Shown: positions 10,839 to 20,532 of the stretch, one piece after another
How positions within the stretch are numbered: the stretch's first letter is position 1
How the letters are laid out: each line of letters begins with the position of its first letter
Source of the DNA: Candidatus Methanomethylophilaceae archaeon
Lineage (GTDB): Archaea > Thermoplasmatota > Thermoplasmata > Methanomassiliicoccales > Methanomethylophilaceae
Direction of reading: 5' to 3'
DNA: 64,000 nt
Assembly: GCA_944320495.1 (NCBI GenBank)
Contig: CALUHR010000008.1
Span: 1-64,000 of the forward strand
Program-made: the position numbers and the translations under genes
Notes under the pieces: generated by a model
Databases searched by the model: none
What the model saw: only the letters and a program-made list of their open reading frames with translations
What the model was told of the DNA's origin: nothing

Positions 10839-11499
10839 TTGGGAGCCACTGTACGGGGCGATACTCGCCGACATGGGATACTCCCGCGAAGGCGACGAGC
10901 TGACCGTCCGTGTCCTCAAGGCCGTCACGGTGAACTGCGATCTGGTTGATCCGGACGATCTCACCGGCACCTTCGGCGATTCCGCCACCGTGTTCGGGGA
11001 CGCGCCATGCCTCGAGGAGGACATCGCCGCCGAACCTCCGGAGGGAGGACTGTTCGCATCCGGATCGAGCGTCAGGAGGCTGCTCGCGCTGGGGATCGTC
11101 CCAGATGCGGTCGTCACCGATCTGGACGGGGACATCCCGTCGCAACTGGAGGCCAGCTCCCGCGGGGCAGTGACATTCGTTCACGCCCATGGCGACAACG
11201 CCGATGCCGTGAGGATGTGGGCCGGAAGGTTCGAGGGGCCGTTGGTGCTCACCACCCAGTCCGTCCCGGAGAGGACCGTGTCGGACTTCGGCGGGTTCAC
11301 CGACGGGGACAGGGCGGTCTGCATCGCCCAGGAGATGGGATGCCGCCGGGTGACCCTGTCGGGATTCGATTTCGATCATCCGATGCCCAAGGAGGGCACC
11401 GACCCGGATGTGAAGCTCAGGAAGCTCTCGTGGGCAAGACGCATCATCTCGTCGCTGGACGGCCTAGAGGTCCGCATGGCCGGCGGCAGGGCGCTTCGA
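10825..11499 (+). CDS. mptE: 6-hydroxymethyl-7,8-dihydropterin pyrophosphokinase MptE-like (DUF115), ends at CGA
   Basis: WEPLY..IL.DMGY, VVTDLDG, HAHGDN, FGGFTDGDRA, GFDF, K.RKL.WA; CGA 11497-11499; ORF track runs to 12549. Confidence 0.8.
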
Positions 11500-11566
11500 G
11501 CACCGTGTCGTCCGTCCCTTCCGCTATTTTATAGGATGAGGGCATCATGCCGTTCGAGGCAATCCG

Positions 11567-13168
11567 ATGAGCACCGCGTACATCGTTCTCCTGATACTGC
11601 TCATCGTCTACATCCCGATCTGGCTGTGGGTCTGGCGCAATCCCGAGAAGGCGGAGCGCTGGCACCTCGTGAAGTACGGCCCATGCATCATGATCAAGAC
11701 GCAGCTGGGCATGAGGACAATGGACCGCCTGGCCTCGCATCCGAGGTTCTGGCGCGCGTTCGGGCTGTTCTCCAAGATGGTCTCGGCGGTGCTGTTCTTC
11801 CTGATGATGTACATGCTGGTGGTGGCGGTCATAGCACTGCCATCCACGCTGTCGTCGGGGTCGTCGGTCGGCATAGAGTACGCCCTTGCGATTCCGGGGT
11901 TCAATCCCATACTCCCGCTCAGCTACGGTGTCGTCGCCCTCGTCATCGCGATGGTGGTCCACGAGCTCGCCCACGGAATACAGGCGCGCGCCAACGGCAT
12001 CCGCGTCAAATCCTCCGGCCTCCTCTACGGCGTCGTCCCCCTGGGCGCGTTCGTGGAGCCGGACGAGGAGGACCTCGCATCGAAACCACGCAGGGCCCGG
12101 GTCGACGTCTACGCCGCCGGTATCACCGTGAACACGATCGTGGCGGTGCTCAGCATCGCGATCCTCATACTGTCGTGCGGGGCGGTGTCCTCCGATCACG
12201 GCGACACGCCCGGCGTGTACTACATCGACGCCGACTCCCCTGCCTACGAGGCAGGCGTACCGACGTCCGCCCTCATCGTGGGGATAGAGGATGCGGATGG
12301 AGACGTCACATACGGCGAGGACGAGATCTCGTCGTCGGTCATCATGTCCGGCATGTCCGCCTCCATCGGCCTAGACGGCATCGATCCGACCAGGCAGTAC
12401 ATCGTGACGTACCTGTACCACGACGAGACGTACACCACCGAGCCGATGCAGCTGGGGATGTTCATCAAGGCCATCACCTCCGGGAGCCCGGCAGACAAGG
12501 CCGGTCTGGAGGTCGGCGATTTCATCTACTCCGTCGAGATCGATGGTGAGGTCACATACATCGGCAGTCCGGCCCACTTCACCAAGCTGATGTCCGGGAC
12601 GTCCCCCGGGGACACGGTCACCATCACAACCGTCGACCCCATCGGCGAAGACGGCACCGTGACGACGACCACCTACGAGGACATCGTCCTCGCCTCCAGC
12701 GGATCCATCGGATTCCTGGGGGTGACCAGCACCACCAGCGGTATGACCTTCGTCACACCGGATGCGATGATGGACCGTGCGACCGACCCGTTCTACGGCG
12801 CCGACACCCCGTTCTCGTACGTGTCATCACTGTTCAGCTACCTCTCTGGGCCGTTCAACGGCATGGATCCCGTGTCCGACGATGTGAGATGGTGGTACGA
12901 CGTCCCTGCCGGAGACCTCTTCTGGATGGCAGTGACGCTGCTCTATTGGATATTCTGGCTCGACATCCTGCTGGCGATCTCCAACGCCCTGCCGACCTAC
13001 GTGCTCGACGGAGGATTCATATTCGCCGGAGGTGTCAGCTGGCTGCTCGAGAAGATCGGTGTGAGGGACGAGACGCGGAACGCGCGCCTGACGGACAGCA
13101 TCGCCGGGAGCATGTCCACGCTCACGCTGTTCCTGTTCCTGATGGTGATCCTGGCAATGGTGATTTGA
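11567..13168 (+). CDS. Site-2 protease (M50) with PDZ domains
   Basis: HELAHG, GAFVEPD, YAAGI..N, NALP..VLDGG; PDZ-like SPADKAGLEVGD. Confidence 0.9.
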   Translation: MSTAYIVLLILLIVYIPIWLWVWRNPEKAERWHLVKYGPCIMIKTQLGMRTMDRLASHPRFWRAFGLFSKMVSAVLFFLMMYMLVVAVIALPSTLSSGSSVGIEYALAIPGFNPILPLSYGVVALVIAMVVHELAHGIQARANGIRVKSSGLLYGVVPLGAFVEPDEEDLASKPRRARVDVYAAGITVNTIVAVLSIAILILSCGAVSSDHGDTPGVYYIDADSPAYEAGVPTSALIVGIEDADGDVTYGEDEISSSVIMSGMSASIGLDGIDPTRQYIVTYLYHDETYTTEPMQLGMFIKAITSGSPADKAGLEVGDFIYSVEIDGEVTYIGSPAHFTKLMSGTSPGDTVTITTVDPIGEDGTVTTTTYEDIVLASSGSIGFLGVTSTTSGMTFVTPDAMMDRATDPFYGADTPFSYVSSLFSYLSGPFNGMDPVSDDVRWWYDVPAGDLFWMAVTLLYWIFWLDILLAISNALPTYVLDGGFIFAGGVSWLLEKIGVRDETRNARLTDSIAGSMSTLTLFLFLMVILAMVI

Positions 13169-13182
13169 GGGGGTGAACGAGG

Positions 13183-14130
13183 ATGATGGAGATTTACGAG
13201 ATGAGGGAGGGGCGCCCGCTAAGGACCGACTCCTTCCACGATGACGTCTGGATCAACCTCGTGGCGCCCACGGCGGAGGAGATCGAGGAGGTTCTCTCGT
13301 TCCTCAAGCTGGACCGCGAGGCCATAACTTCAGCTCTGGATGACGAAGAGGGTTCCAGGACCGAGGTTTCCCAGGACTACACCCTGATCCTCGTCGACGT
13401 GCCTACGAGGGAGTGGAGGAACAGCCGCGAGGAGTTCACCACGTACCCCCTGTCGATCACGGTCACGGACCGCGCCATAGTCACGGTCTGCCTGCAGGAG
13501 GTCTTCGCCCTCGCGAACATCGCCGCGGGCAAGAGCAAGAGCAAGAGCGTCTTCGACGTCACCAACCGCGCCAGGTTCGTCCTTCAGATACTGTTCAGAA
13601 TCGCGATTAACTATCAGACCGACCTCAAGTACATCGAGGTGAAGAGGACCGCCATCGAGGAGGCCCTCCGCAGGACCACCCGCAGGGACGACCTGTTCGA
13701 GCTTCACGAGCTCGAGTCCAACCTGGTCTACTTCAAGACGTCGCTCAGCGTGAACGCGTCCATCATCGAGAGGATGAGCAAGCAGTCGCGCTTCGTCTCC
13801 ACACCGGAGGACCGCGACCTCATGGACGACGTGATAGTCGAGACCAACCAGGCCCTGGAGATGACGATGACGTACAGCCAGATCATCAAGGGTACGCGTC
13901 AGCTCGCGGAGGCCGATCTAAACAACTCCCTTTCGAACGTCATGAAGTTCCTGACGTCCATCACACTCATCATAGCGATACCCACGATGCTGGCCAGCTT
14001 CTACGGAATGAACGTTAGGCTGCCGGGGGAGGACTCGCCGTACGCATATCTGGCCCTGTTCGGGGCGATGATTGCGCTGTGCGCGCTGTCCATATGGGGA
14101 CTCAAGAGGAAGGGCCTATGGCGCCGATAA
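13183..14130 (+). CDS. corA: CorA-family Mg2+/Co2+ transporter
   Basis: WINLVAPT.EE, YGMN signature; ends CGC CGA TAA. Confidence 0.92.
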   Translation: MMEIYEMREGRPLRTDSFHDDVWINLVAPTAEEIEEVLSFLKLDREAITSALDDEEGSRTEVSQDYTLILVDVPTREWRNSREEFTTYPLSITVTDRAIVTVCLQEVFALANIAAGKSKSKSVFDVTNRARFVLQILFRIAINYQTDLKYIEVKRTAIEEALRRTTRRDDLFELHELESNLVYFKTSLSVNASIIERMSKQSRFVSTPEDRDLMDDVIVETNQALEMTMTYSQIIKGTRQLAEADLNNSLSNVMKFLTSITLIIAIPTMLASFYGMNVRLPGEDSPYAYLALFGAMIALCALSIWGLKRKGLWRR

Positions 14131-15101
14131 GCGAAATCGCAGAGGCCATCCGGGCGTACCCCGGAGTGACCAGGAAGCACACGATACACAAGATTGTAGA
14201 CCTCCTGCCGACCACGGGGTTCCCCCAGGTGGTGGCGGCGGAGGGCGAGGACGCGGCAGCGATAGACGTCGGGGACCAGTACATCCTGTTCGCCGCCGAC
14301 GGCATCATGGAGTCGCTGGTGAGGACTGCCCCGTACTACGCGGGCTACTTCGCCGTCCTCGTCAACGTGAACGACATCGCCGCTATGGGCGGCAGGCCTC
14401 TCGGCATGGTGGACGTCATGTCCATCGTCCAGGCGGACGTGTGCAAGGAGATGATCCGCGGTATGAAGGAGGGAATCCGTAAGTTCGGTGTGCCCATCGT
14501 CGGCGGACACGTCCATCCGGACTGCCACTACAACGCCATCGACATATCCATCGTCGGGAAGGTCGCCAAGGATGCGCTCCTGAGGAGCAGCACCGCCGAG
14601 CCCGGCGACGACATAGTCTTCGTCATCGACACCGACGGCTTCTACCCGGAGATGCTGCCCTACGCGTTCGTCACCACCGTCCAGAAGTCCGACGAGCTGG
14701 TCCGCGCCCAGATGGAGGCGGCCGCGGTCGTCGGCGAGAGGCATCTGGCCCATGCCTGCAAGGACATGAGCAATCCCGGCAGCATCGGCACCCTGGGCAT
14801 GATGCTCGAGTCCTCCGGCGCTGGGGCCCTCGTGGACGTCACCAGGATACCCGCCCCCAAGGACGTCGACCCGGTCCGCTGGCATCTCTCGTACCAGGGC
14901 TGCGGGTTCTGCTTCGCATGTCCACCGGAGAACTCCCAGGAGATCATCGACATCTTCGCAGAGGTCTCGTGCGAGGGAGCGGTTGTCGGAAGGGTCGACG
15001 ACAGCAAGCAGCTCAAGATTACCGACGGGAAGGACACGGCTGTGCTGTTCGACTTCAACAAGGAGATCATAACCGGGTGCCGCCCCAAGGAGCACGAATA
15101 A
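14118..15101 (+). CDS. Methanogenesis marker protein 2 (AIR synthase-related)
   Basis: GEDAAAI, AVLVNVNDIAAMGG.P, VGGH.HPD, KDMSNPG.IGT. Confidence 0.85.
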   Translation: MAPISEIAEAIRAYPGVTRKHTIHKIVDLLPTTGFPQVVAAEGEDAAAIDVGDQYILFAADGIMESLVRTAPYYAGYFAVLVNVNDIAAMGGRPLGMVDVMSIVQADVCKEMIRGMKEGIRKFGVPIVGGHVHPDCHYNAIDISIVGKVAKDALLRSSTAEPGDDIVFVIDTDGFYPEMLPYAFVTTVQKSDELVRAQMEAAAVVGERHLAHACKDMSNPGSIGTLGMMLESSGAGALVDVTRIPAPKDVDPVRWHLSYQGCGFCFACPPENSQEIIDIFAEVSCEGAVVGRVDDSKQLKITDGKDTAVLFDFNKEIITGCRPKEHE

Positions 15102-15103
15102 GC

Positions 15104-15410
15104 GCCTGGCCACAGGGGTTGACCCGGCATCCCGAACCAAGTTTGCCACTTCGCTCCTCGACCCTGCGATCCCTCAAACGTCGGTAGTCCAGAGTAAGGC
15201 TGCTCCCGTCAGGACCTGACCCGGTTCCCCCAGTTGATGCGTGAACGGCTTCCCTCCGGAAGCCTTCGTCGCAAACTCCGACTCTGTGGGACAAGATTTC
15301 ATTGTCGCTAGGTGGGCTTGATTCGATCAGCTGGGCCGTCCCCTGCTGTCACCCCCGCGTGTTGACGATTTCGGGTATAGGGCACGCCAAGCGCCCCGGT
15401 CAAGCCAGAC
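15104..15410 (-). ncRNA. ffs: Archaeal SRP (7S) RNA
   Basis: About 307 nt; 5' GTCTGGC pairs with 3' GCCAGGC; Alu-like 5' domain (..CCCTATACCCGAAATCG..ACGCGGGGG); helix 6 GGCTTCC-GGAG-GGAAGCC; helix 8 TCAGGTCC-TGAC-GGGAGCAG. Confidence 0.9.
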
Positions 15411-15430
15411 GTACCCCGATGGTCGCCCTT

Positions 15431-15438
15431 CTATATAA
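15431..15438 (-). promoter_or_regulatory. TATA box of SRP RNA
   Basis: TTATATAG on the minus strand about 25 nt upstream of the predicted 5' end. Confidence 0.6.
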
Positions 15439-15530
15439 TCAATTTCCGTCTTCGACTCAGATTCCTTTAAGTATGTGTTCACCATCGAGGGATTAGCGTG
15501 CTATATGATAGCACGGTACACGGTGAGAAC

Positions 15531-15668
15531 ATGGAGATACTAGGCCTTTCGGACCCATGGATAATAGGCGGCTACGCGCTCAGCATAATCTGCGTCGTGT
15601 TCTGCTGCGCCTATGCCCTGATCAAAGGCAGAGGAGGCTCCGAAGAGGAGGATGAGGGCGATGAGCGA
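15531..15668 (+). CDS. Symporter small accessory membrane peptide (45 aa), ends at CGA
   Basis: MEILGLSDPWIIGGYALSIICVVFCCAYALIKG + acidic tail, directly before an SSS gene; ATGAGCGA overlap; ORF track runs to 15977. Confidence 0.7.
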
Positions 15669-17322
15669 AGGCGTCGACCTCGTGACATTCGGTGCGATGA
15701 TGGTCGTCTTCATCATCGTCACCCTCGTGCTCGGCTGGTACGGATACAAGAATACCAAGAGCAACGAGGAGTTCCTCCTCGGAAGGAGCAAGGCAGGACC
15801 CCTGATCATCGCGCTGTCGTACGGCTCCACGTTCCTCTCCGCTTCCGCGGTCATAGGATTCGGCGGCCAGGCCGCCGTCCACGGCATGTCTCTGCTCTGG
15901 CTCTGCATGCTCAATCTATTCGTGGGGCTCATCGTCGCGTTCCTGATCTTCGGAGGTCCAACCAGGCGCAAGGGTAGGCAGCTGGGCGCGTCCACGTACG
16001 CGGACCTTCTGGGAAAGATCTACAAGTCGAGGGGGATCCGCGCGTTCACCGCGATCCTCATCATCGTCATGATGCCGATCTACGCCGCGGCCGTCCTCAA
16101 GGGCGGGGTCAACTCCCTCGCCACCATCACAGGCCTCACGGAGTACTACGACCTGATCCTGATCGCGTTGTCCATCATAGTGGCGGTCTACGTCGTATAC
16201 GGCGGGATCATCGCCGTCATGTACAACGACGCGTTCCAGGCGGCGATCATGTTCGTCGGGATGGCCGTCATCCTCGTGGTCACCTACTCCTACTTCGGAG
16301 GGGTCACGGCCGGCAACAGCGCCCTCGTAGACCTCTGGGACACGAACTTCTCCCATATCTGGGACTCGCTCGGCTCCTCGACCGGCACACTGGACGGATT
16401 CAACGGATGGACGAACTTCTCCACGTTCGGCTCCAAGGAGTGGATGACCGTCGTCACCACCTTCCTCCTCGGAGTGGGCATCGGAGCCCTCACCCAGCCG
16501 CAGCTCGCGGTGAGGTTCATGTCCGCCAAGTCCGACAGGGACCTGAACAAGTCCCTGCTGGTCGGGTCCATCTTCATGATCGTGATCGTGGGATCGGCCT
16601 ACACCGTGGGGGCCCTGAGCAACGTCTACTTCTACGACATGCACGGGACCTTCGCCTTCGACTACATCAGCGGCCTCGGACTCGGTACGGACTACATCAT
16701 CCCGCAGTTCATCCTCGAGATCTTCCACGACATGACCTTCGGGGACCTGTTCATCTCGCTGTTCCTGCTGTCCCTGATCTGCGCCGCGATATCCACCATC
16801 AGCGCGCTCATTCACACCATCGGGGCGGCCGGAGGATACGACCTCTACACCATCTACCAGAACAAGAAGGGCAGGATGAAGGGGGACTCCCAGAGCATCA
16901 AGCTGAACAGGGCCTTCATGGTCGTGATCATGGTGCTCCTTGTGGTCTACTGCTACCTGATGCCCAGCGACATCATCGCCAAGGCCACGTCCATCTTCAT
17001 GGGCGTGACGGCCGCGGCCCTGCTCCCCGCCTACTTCCACGCCCTATACTCCAAGAGGCCCAACAGGAAGGCGGCTATCGCGAGCATATCCGTCGGGACG
17101 CTGTCCTACATGGTGCTCGCCCTGTTCTTCAACACGGGCACCAGCGTGTTCCTCCCGATATGCAAGGCGATCACCGGGCAGAGCGTCCTGTTCCCGGACA
17201 GCGTGTTGGCGTCGACTGACCCGCTGGTGATCTCGCTCCCGCTCTCCATCCTGACGATGGCGGTGGCTCTTCTGTTCTTCAGGTCCCGCGACCTGGAGGA
17301 GGAGCCCACCCCGTCGCTCTGA
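15661..17322 (+). CDS. Sodium:solute symporter family protein
   Basis: ALSYGSTFLSASAVIGFGG, YVVYGGIIAV..ND, LTQPQLAVRFM, AAISTIS. Confidence 0.92.
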   Translation: MSEGVDLVTFGAMMVVFIIVTLVLGWYGYKNTKSNEEFLLGRSKAGPLIIALSYGSTFLSASAVIGFGGQAAVHGMSLLWLCMLNLFVGLIVAFLIFGGPTRRKGRQLGASTYADLLGKIYKSRGIRAFTAILIIVMMPIYAAAVLKGGVNSLATITGLTEYYDLILIALSIIVAVYVVYGGIIAVMYNDAFQAAIMFVGMAVILVVTYSYFGGVTAGNSALVDLWDTNFSHIWDSLGSSTGTLDGFNGWTNFSTFGSKEWMTVVTTFLLGVGIGALTQPQLAVRFMSAKSDRDLNKSLLVGSIFMIVIVGSAYTVGALSNVYFYDMHGTFAFDYISGLGLGTDYIIPQFILEIFHDMTFGDLFISLFLLSLICAAISTISALIHTIGAAGGYDLYTIYQNKKGRMKGDSQSIKLNRAFMVVIMVLLVVYCYLMPSDIIAKATSIFMGVTAAALLPAYFHALYSKRPNRKAAIASISVGTLSYMVLALFFNTGTSVFLPICKAITGQSVLFPDSVLASTDPLVISLPLSILTMAVALLFFRSRDLEEEPTPSL

Positions 17323-17447
17323 TAAACCATCCGAGGGCCTTTCGGCCCCCATCCATGGATTGTTTCGTCCGATGGCTTTCTAAATACAATATATTATAAA
17401 TACTATGAATCCAAGACTATTGATGGACGCCGGGTCTCGCCGAGACT

Positions 17448-17768
17448 GTGGCGCTGTGTGCAATCATGACGATAAAAGACGTAGCGAGCGTTACCGCACT
17501 GGAAGAGAAGCATATGATCTCTATCCTCCTCTTCCTTTCCACCCATGGCCCCAGCAGGAAGATTGACATCTACGACGGGGTCTCATCCAATCCCAGAATG
17601 CCTGACAAGCTCAACATCCTGGAGGGAATGGGTCTGATCACCCAGGAGATCGATTCCGTGACCAGATCCACCATCGTTTCCCTGACCGAACCCGGGGAGC
17701 AGATTGCGGGGATGCTCGTGGCCATCGATTGCCGCATAAAGGAGCTAACCACGGCGCGAGCCGATTAA
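17448..17768 (+). CDS. Small winged-helix protein
   Basis: ILLFL..HGP.RKIDIY..VS....MPDKL..LE.MGLI...VSLTEPG; ends GCG CGA GCC GAT TAA; start uncertain. Confidence 0.7.
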   Translation: MALCAIMTIKDVASVTALEEKHMISILLFLSTHGPSRKIDIYDGVSSNPRMPDKLNILEGMGLITQEIDSVTRSTIVSLTEPGEQIAGMLVAIDCRIKELTTARAD

Positions 17769-17794
17769 GTACATCCTCGGGATTTCAGGCTCTC

Positions 17795-18598
17795 ATGGAG
17801 AAGGCTCTGGAGCTCAGGAACGTATCTGTCGTCAGGAACGGCAACCACATCCTGAGGTCCGTCGACCTGGATATCTACCGCGGTGAGAACGTCGCCGTGA
17901 TAGGTCCGAACGGTTCTGGCAAGACCACGCTCATCAAGCTTCTGAGAGGGGACATCCACCCGTACTACGACGAGGAGAACCCGGCGACCATGCGTATATT
18001 CGGCATGGACCGCTGGAACCTCTTCGACGTCCGCAGCCGCATGGGGGTCGTCTCCATGGACCTGCAGTCCCAGTTCCACTCGGACACACGGGTGTCCGAG
18101 GTGGTATGCTCGGGGTTCTTCAACAGCCTGGATGTCTTCAGGAACCACACCCTCACCGACGAGATGATCAGGGCCGCCCACGAGGCCGCCATGACCATGG
18201 GTGTGGAGGATCTCATGGACCGTGAGATCGCCAACCTCTCTCTGGGGGAGATGCGCCGCACCCTGATCGCCAGGGCGATGGTGACCAAGCCCGATCTCCT
18301 GGTTCTCGACGAGCCGATGACCGGGCTGGACATAGTGATGAAGTCCAAGTTCCGCTCGATGTTCGACATCCTCATCGAGGCCGGCGTGAGCATAGTCATG
18401 ATCACCCACGAGCTCACCGACATACCCAAATCCGTCAGGAGGGTCGTCATGGTCAAGGACGGCGAGATCTACGCCGACGGCCCGAAGGAGGAGCTCCTGA
18501 CCAGCGAGACGATCTCCGACCTCTATGGGGAGGAAATCGAGGTAGAATGCACCGATGGCATCTACCGCATGCACATGTCTGGGAATATGATAGGATGA
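17795..18598 (+). CDS. ABC ATP-binding protein (ModF-like)
   Basis: GPNGSGKTT, LSLGE.RR, LDEP..GLD, ITH. Confidence 0.88.
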   Translation: MEKALELRNVSVVRNGNHILRSVDLDIYRGENVAVIGPNGSGKTTLIKLLRGDIHPYYDEENPATMRIFGMDRWNLFDVRSRMGVVSMDLQSQFHSDTRVSEVVCSGFFNSLDVFRNHTLTDEMIRAAHEAAMTMGVEDLMDREIANLSLGEMRRTLIARAMVTKPDLLVLDEPMTGLDIVMKSKFRSMFDILIEAGVSIVMITHELTDIPKSVRRVVMVKDGEIYADGPKEELLTSETISDLYGEEIEVECTDGIYRMHMSGNMIG

Positions 18599-19065
18599 CC
18601 AAGGTCTGCGGAGAATGCGGCAGGGAGGTACCCTACGACATGGACTTCTGCCCATATTGCGGCAGCCGCAGGACCCTGGAGGTCGGGGGCCAGGGTACAG
18701 CCCAGATGCTCTGCCCCGACTGCGGGACGCCCTACGGCTACGGGGACAGATTCTGCGGCAAATGCGGAGCCCAGCTCCCGCAGATCCCGCCCCAGGCTGT
18801 CGTCGCGCGCATGAGGAAGCACACGAACCTCGCGCTGATGGTCGCTCTCATAGCCGGTTTCTTCAACGTGTTCGGTCTGGGGCACATCATACTCAAGAGC
18901 TACATCAGGGGCGTCATGTTCATCATCATGGGTGTTGTGATCTGGTATCTCAACGGATGGAGCCTCTTCGGAGGCGGCTTCACCGTGACCCTTCTGACGG
19001 TCGCGGTGTACTTCTATCAGGCGATCGATGTCACCAGGGTGGCCATGACCCCGGAGGACAGATGA
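18595..19065 (+). CDS. Double zinc-ribbon membrane protein
   Basis: Four CxxC pairs then GLGH-type TM2-like hydrophobic region. Confidence 0.75.
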   Translation: MTKVCGECGREVPYDMDFCPYCGSRRTLEVGGQGTAQMLCPDCGTPYGYGDRFCGKCGAQLPQIPPQAVVARMRKHTNLALMVALIAGFFNVFGLGHIILKSYIRGVMFIIMGVVIWYLNGWSLFGGGFTVTLLTVAVYFYQAIDVTRVAMTPEDR

Positions 19066-20528
19066 CCGACTGGACCGAGAAGTACCGCCCGAGGACGCTC
19101 GACGACGTCATCGGCAATCCGGCGGCGGTCAACTCCCTGAGGGCGTGGGCCCGTTCGTGGGACTCCGGTGTCCCGGAGGTCCGCGCCGTCGTGCTCAGCG
19201 GACCTCCCGGCGTGGGGAAGACCACATCCGCCGAGGCCCTGGCCAGGGAGATGGGCTGGGGGATAATCGAGATGAATGCCTCGGACCAGAGGCGCAAGTC
19301 CGATATCGAGGCGGTGGCGCTGAGCGGATCGATATCCAACACCTTCGGTGATGACGGTACATATCTGGATTCCGGTTCCAGGGGGAGGACCCTCATCGTC
19401 CTCGACGAGGCCGACAGCTTCGCCGGCAACAGCGACCGCGGAGGAGGCTCCGCAGTGACCGAGGTCATCAACTCCACCAAGCAGCCGCTCATAATCATAG
19501 CCAACGACTACTACGAGCTGACCAGGAAGAGCAGTGCCGCCAAGACGAAGGCGATGCAGATAGTCTTCAAGAGGCCGCAGAAAACCTCCATCGCCAAGGC
19601 GCTGTACAGGATAGCAGAGGCCGAGGGCATCGAGGTCGATCCTGAGGCCATGGAGAGGCTCGCTGAGAACGCGTCGGGCGACATGCGCGCGGCGGTCCGT
19701 GACTTCCAGTCTCTCGCCATAGGCAGGGACTCCGTCTCGGCCGAGGTCTCGGAGGGGCTCTCCCACAGGGACGTGGAGACCGACCTCTTCGGCATGATGT
19801 CGGCGGTGTTCCGTGGTTCCGACCCTGCAGCCGCGAGGTCGGCCATGTCAGAGGTGGACGAGGAACCCTCCACCAAGCTGATGTGGATAGACGAGAACCT
19901 GCCTACCGAGTTCGTCGACCCCGGGGACCTCGTTCGCGGATACGAGAAGCTCTCCAGGGCCGCCATGTTCCTGGGCAGGGTCAACAGCCGCCAGTACTAC
20001 GGGTTCTGGTCCTACGCCTCAGACTACATGACCTACGGACTCATGGGCGCACGCATGACCGACCGTCGCGGGAGGGATCGCATGAGGTTCCCATCCCTGA
20101 TGTCCAAGATGTCCCGTGGCAAGGGCGGAAGGGGCGTACGCTCCTCGCTGGAGATGAAGGTCGCCCTGATGCTGCACACCACACCGGCCCGCGCCGGCAG
20201 GGACGTCGTCCCCTATCTGGCGGCGATGTGCGCGTCGGACAAAGCATTCAGAGCAGTGTTGGCCGCCGATCTCATGCTGGACGCGGACGAGATGGGCTAT
20301 CTCATAGACAAGAAGCCCGAGTCCAAGGACGTCAAGACAGCCCTCGCCGAGGCCGAGCGCATCCTCGAGGAGAGAGCGATTGCTGCCAGGAGGCCGGTCG
20401 TCGCCCCGGTCATCGAGCCCGCTAAGCCATTAGCGGAGGCTCCCGCTCCGAAACCGGCTCCCAAGCCGGAACCAGCCCCAGCCGCACCGCAAAGACCAAA
20501 GGCACAGCGCAGCCTATTCGACTTCTGA
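19062..20528 (+). CDS. rfcL: Replication factor C large subunit
   Basis: DWTEKYRP, GPPGVGKTT, EMNASD.R, LDEAD, GDMRAA; C-terminal QRSLFDF (PIP-box-like). Confidence 0.95.
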   Translation: MTDWTEKYRPRTLDDVIGNPAAVNSLRAWARSWDSGVPEVRAVVLSGPPGVGKTTSAEALAREMGWGIIEMNASDQRRKSDIEAVALSGSISNTFGDDGTYLDSGSRGRTLIVLDEADSFAGNSDRGGGSAVTEVINSTKQPLIIIANDYYELTRKSSAAKTKAMQIVFKRPQKTSIAKALYRIAEAEGIEVDPEAMERLAENASGDMRAAVRDFQSLAIGRDSVSAEVSEGLSHRDVETDLFGMMSAVFRGSDPAAARSAMSEVDEEPSTKLMWIDENLPTEFVDPGDLVRGYEKLSRAAMFLGRVNSRQYYGFWSYASDYMTYGLMGARMTDRRGRDRMRFPSLMSKMSRGKGGRGVRSSLEMKVALMLHTTPARAGRDVVPYLAAMCASDKAFRAVLAADLMLDADEMGYLIDKKPESKDVKTALAEAERILEERAIAARRPVVAPVIEPAKPLAEAPAPKPAPKPEPAPAAPQRPKAQRSLFDF

Positions 20529-20532
20529 TACC

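Noticed and set aside
15104-15410. RNase P RNA or a protein-coding ORF (15067-15294, 15302-15496)
   Set aside because: SRP helix 6/8 signatures and terminal pairing fit; no RNase P P4 motif was seen.
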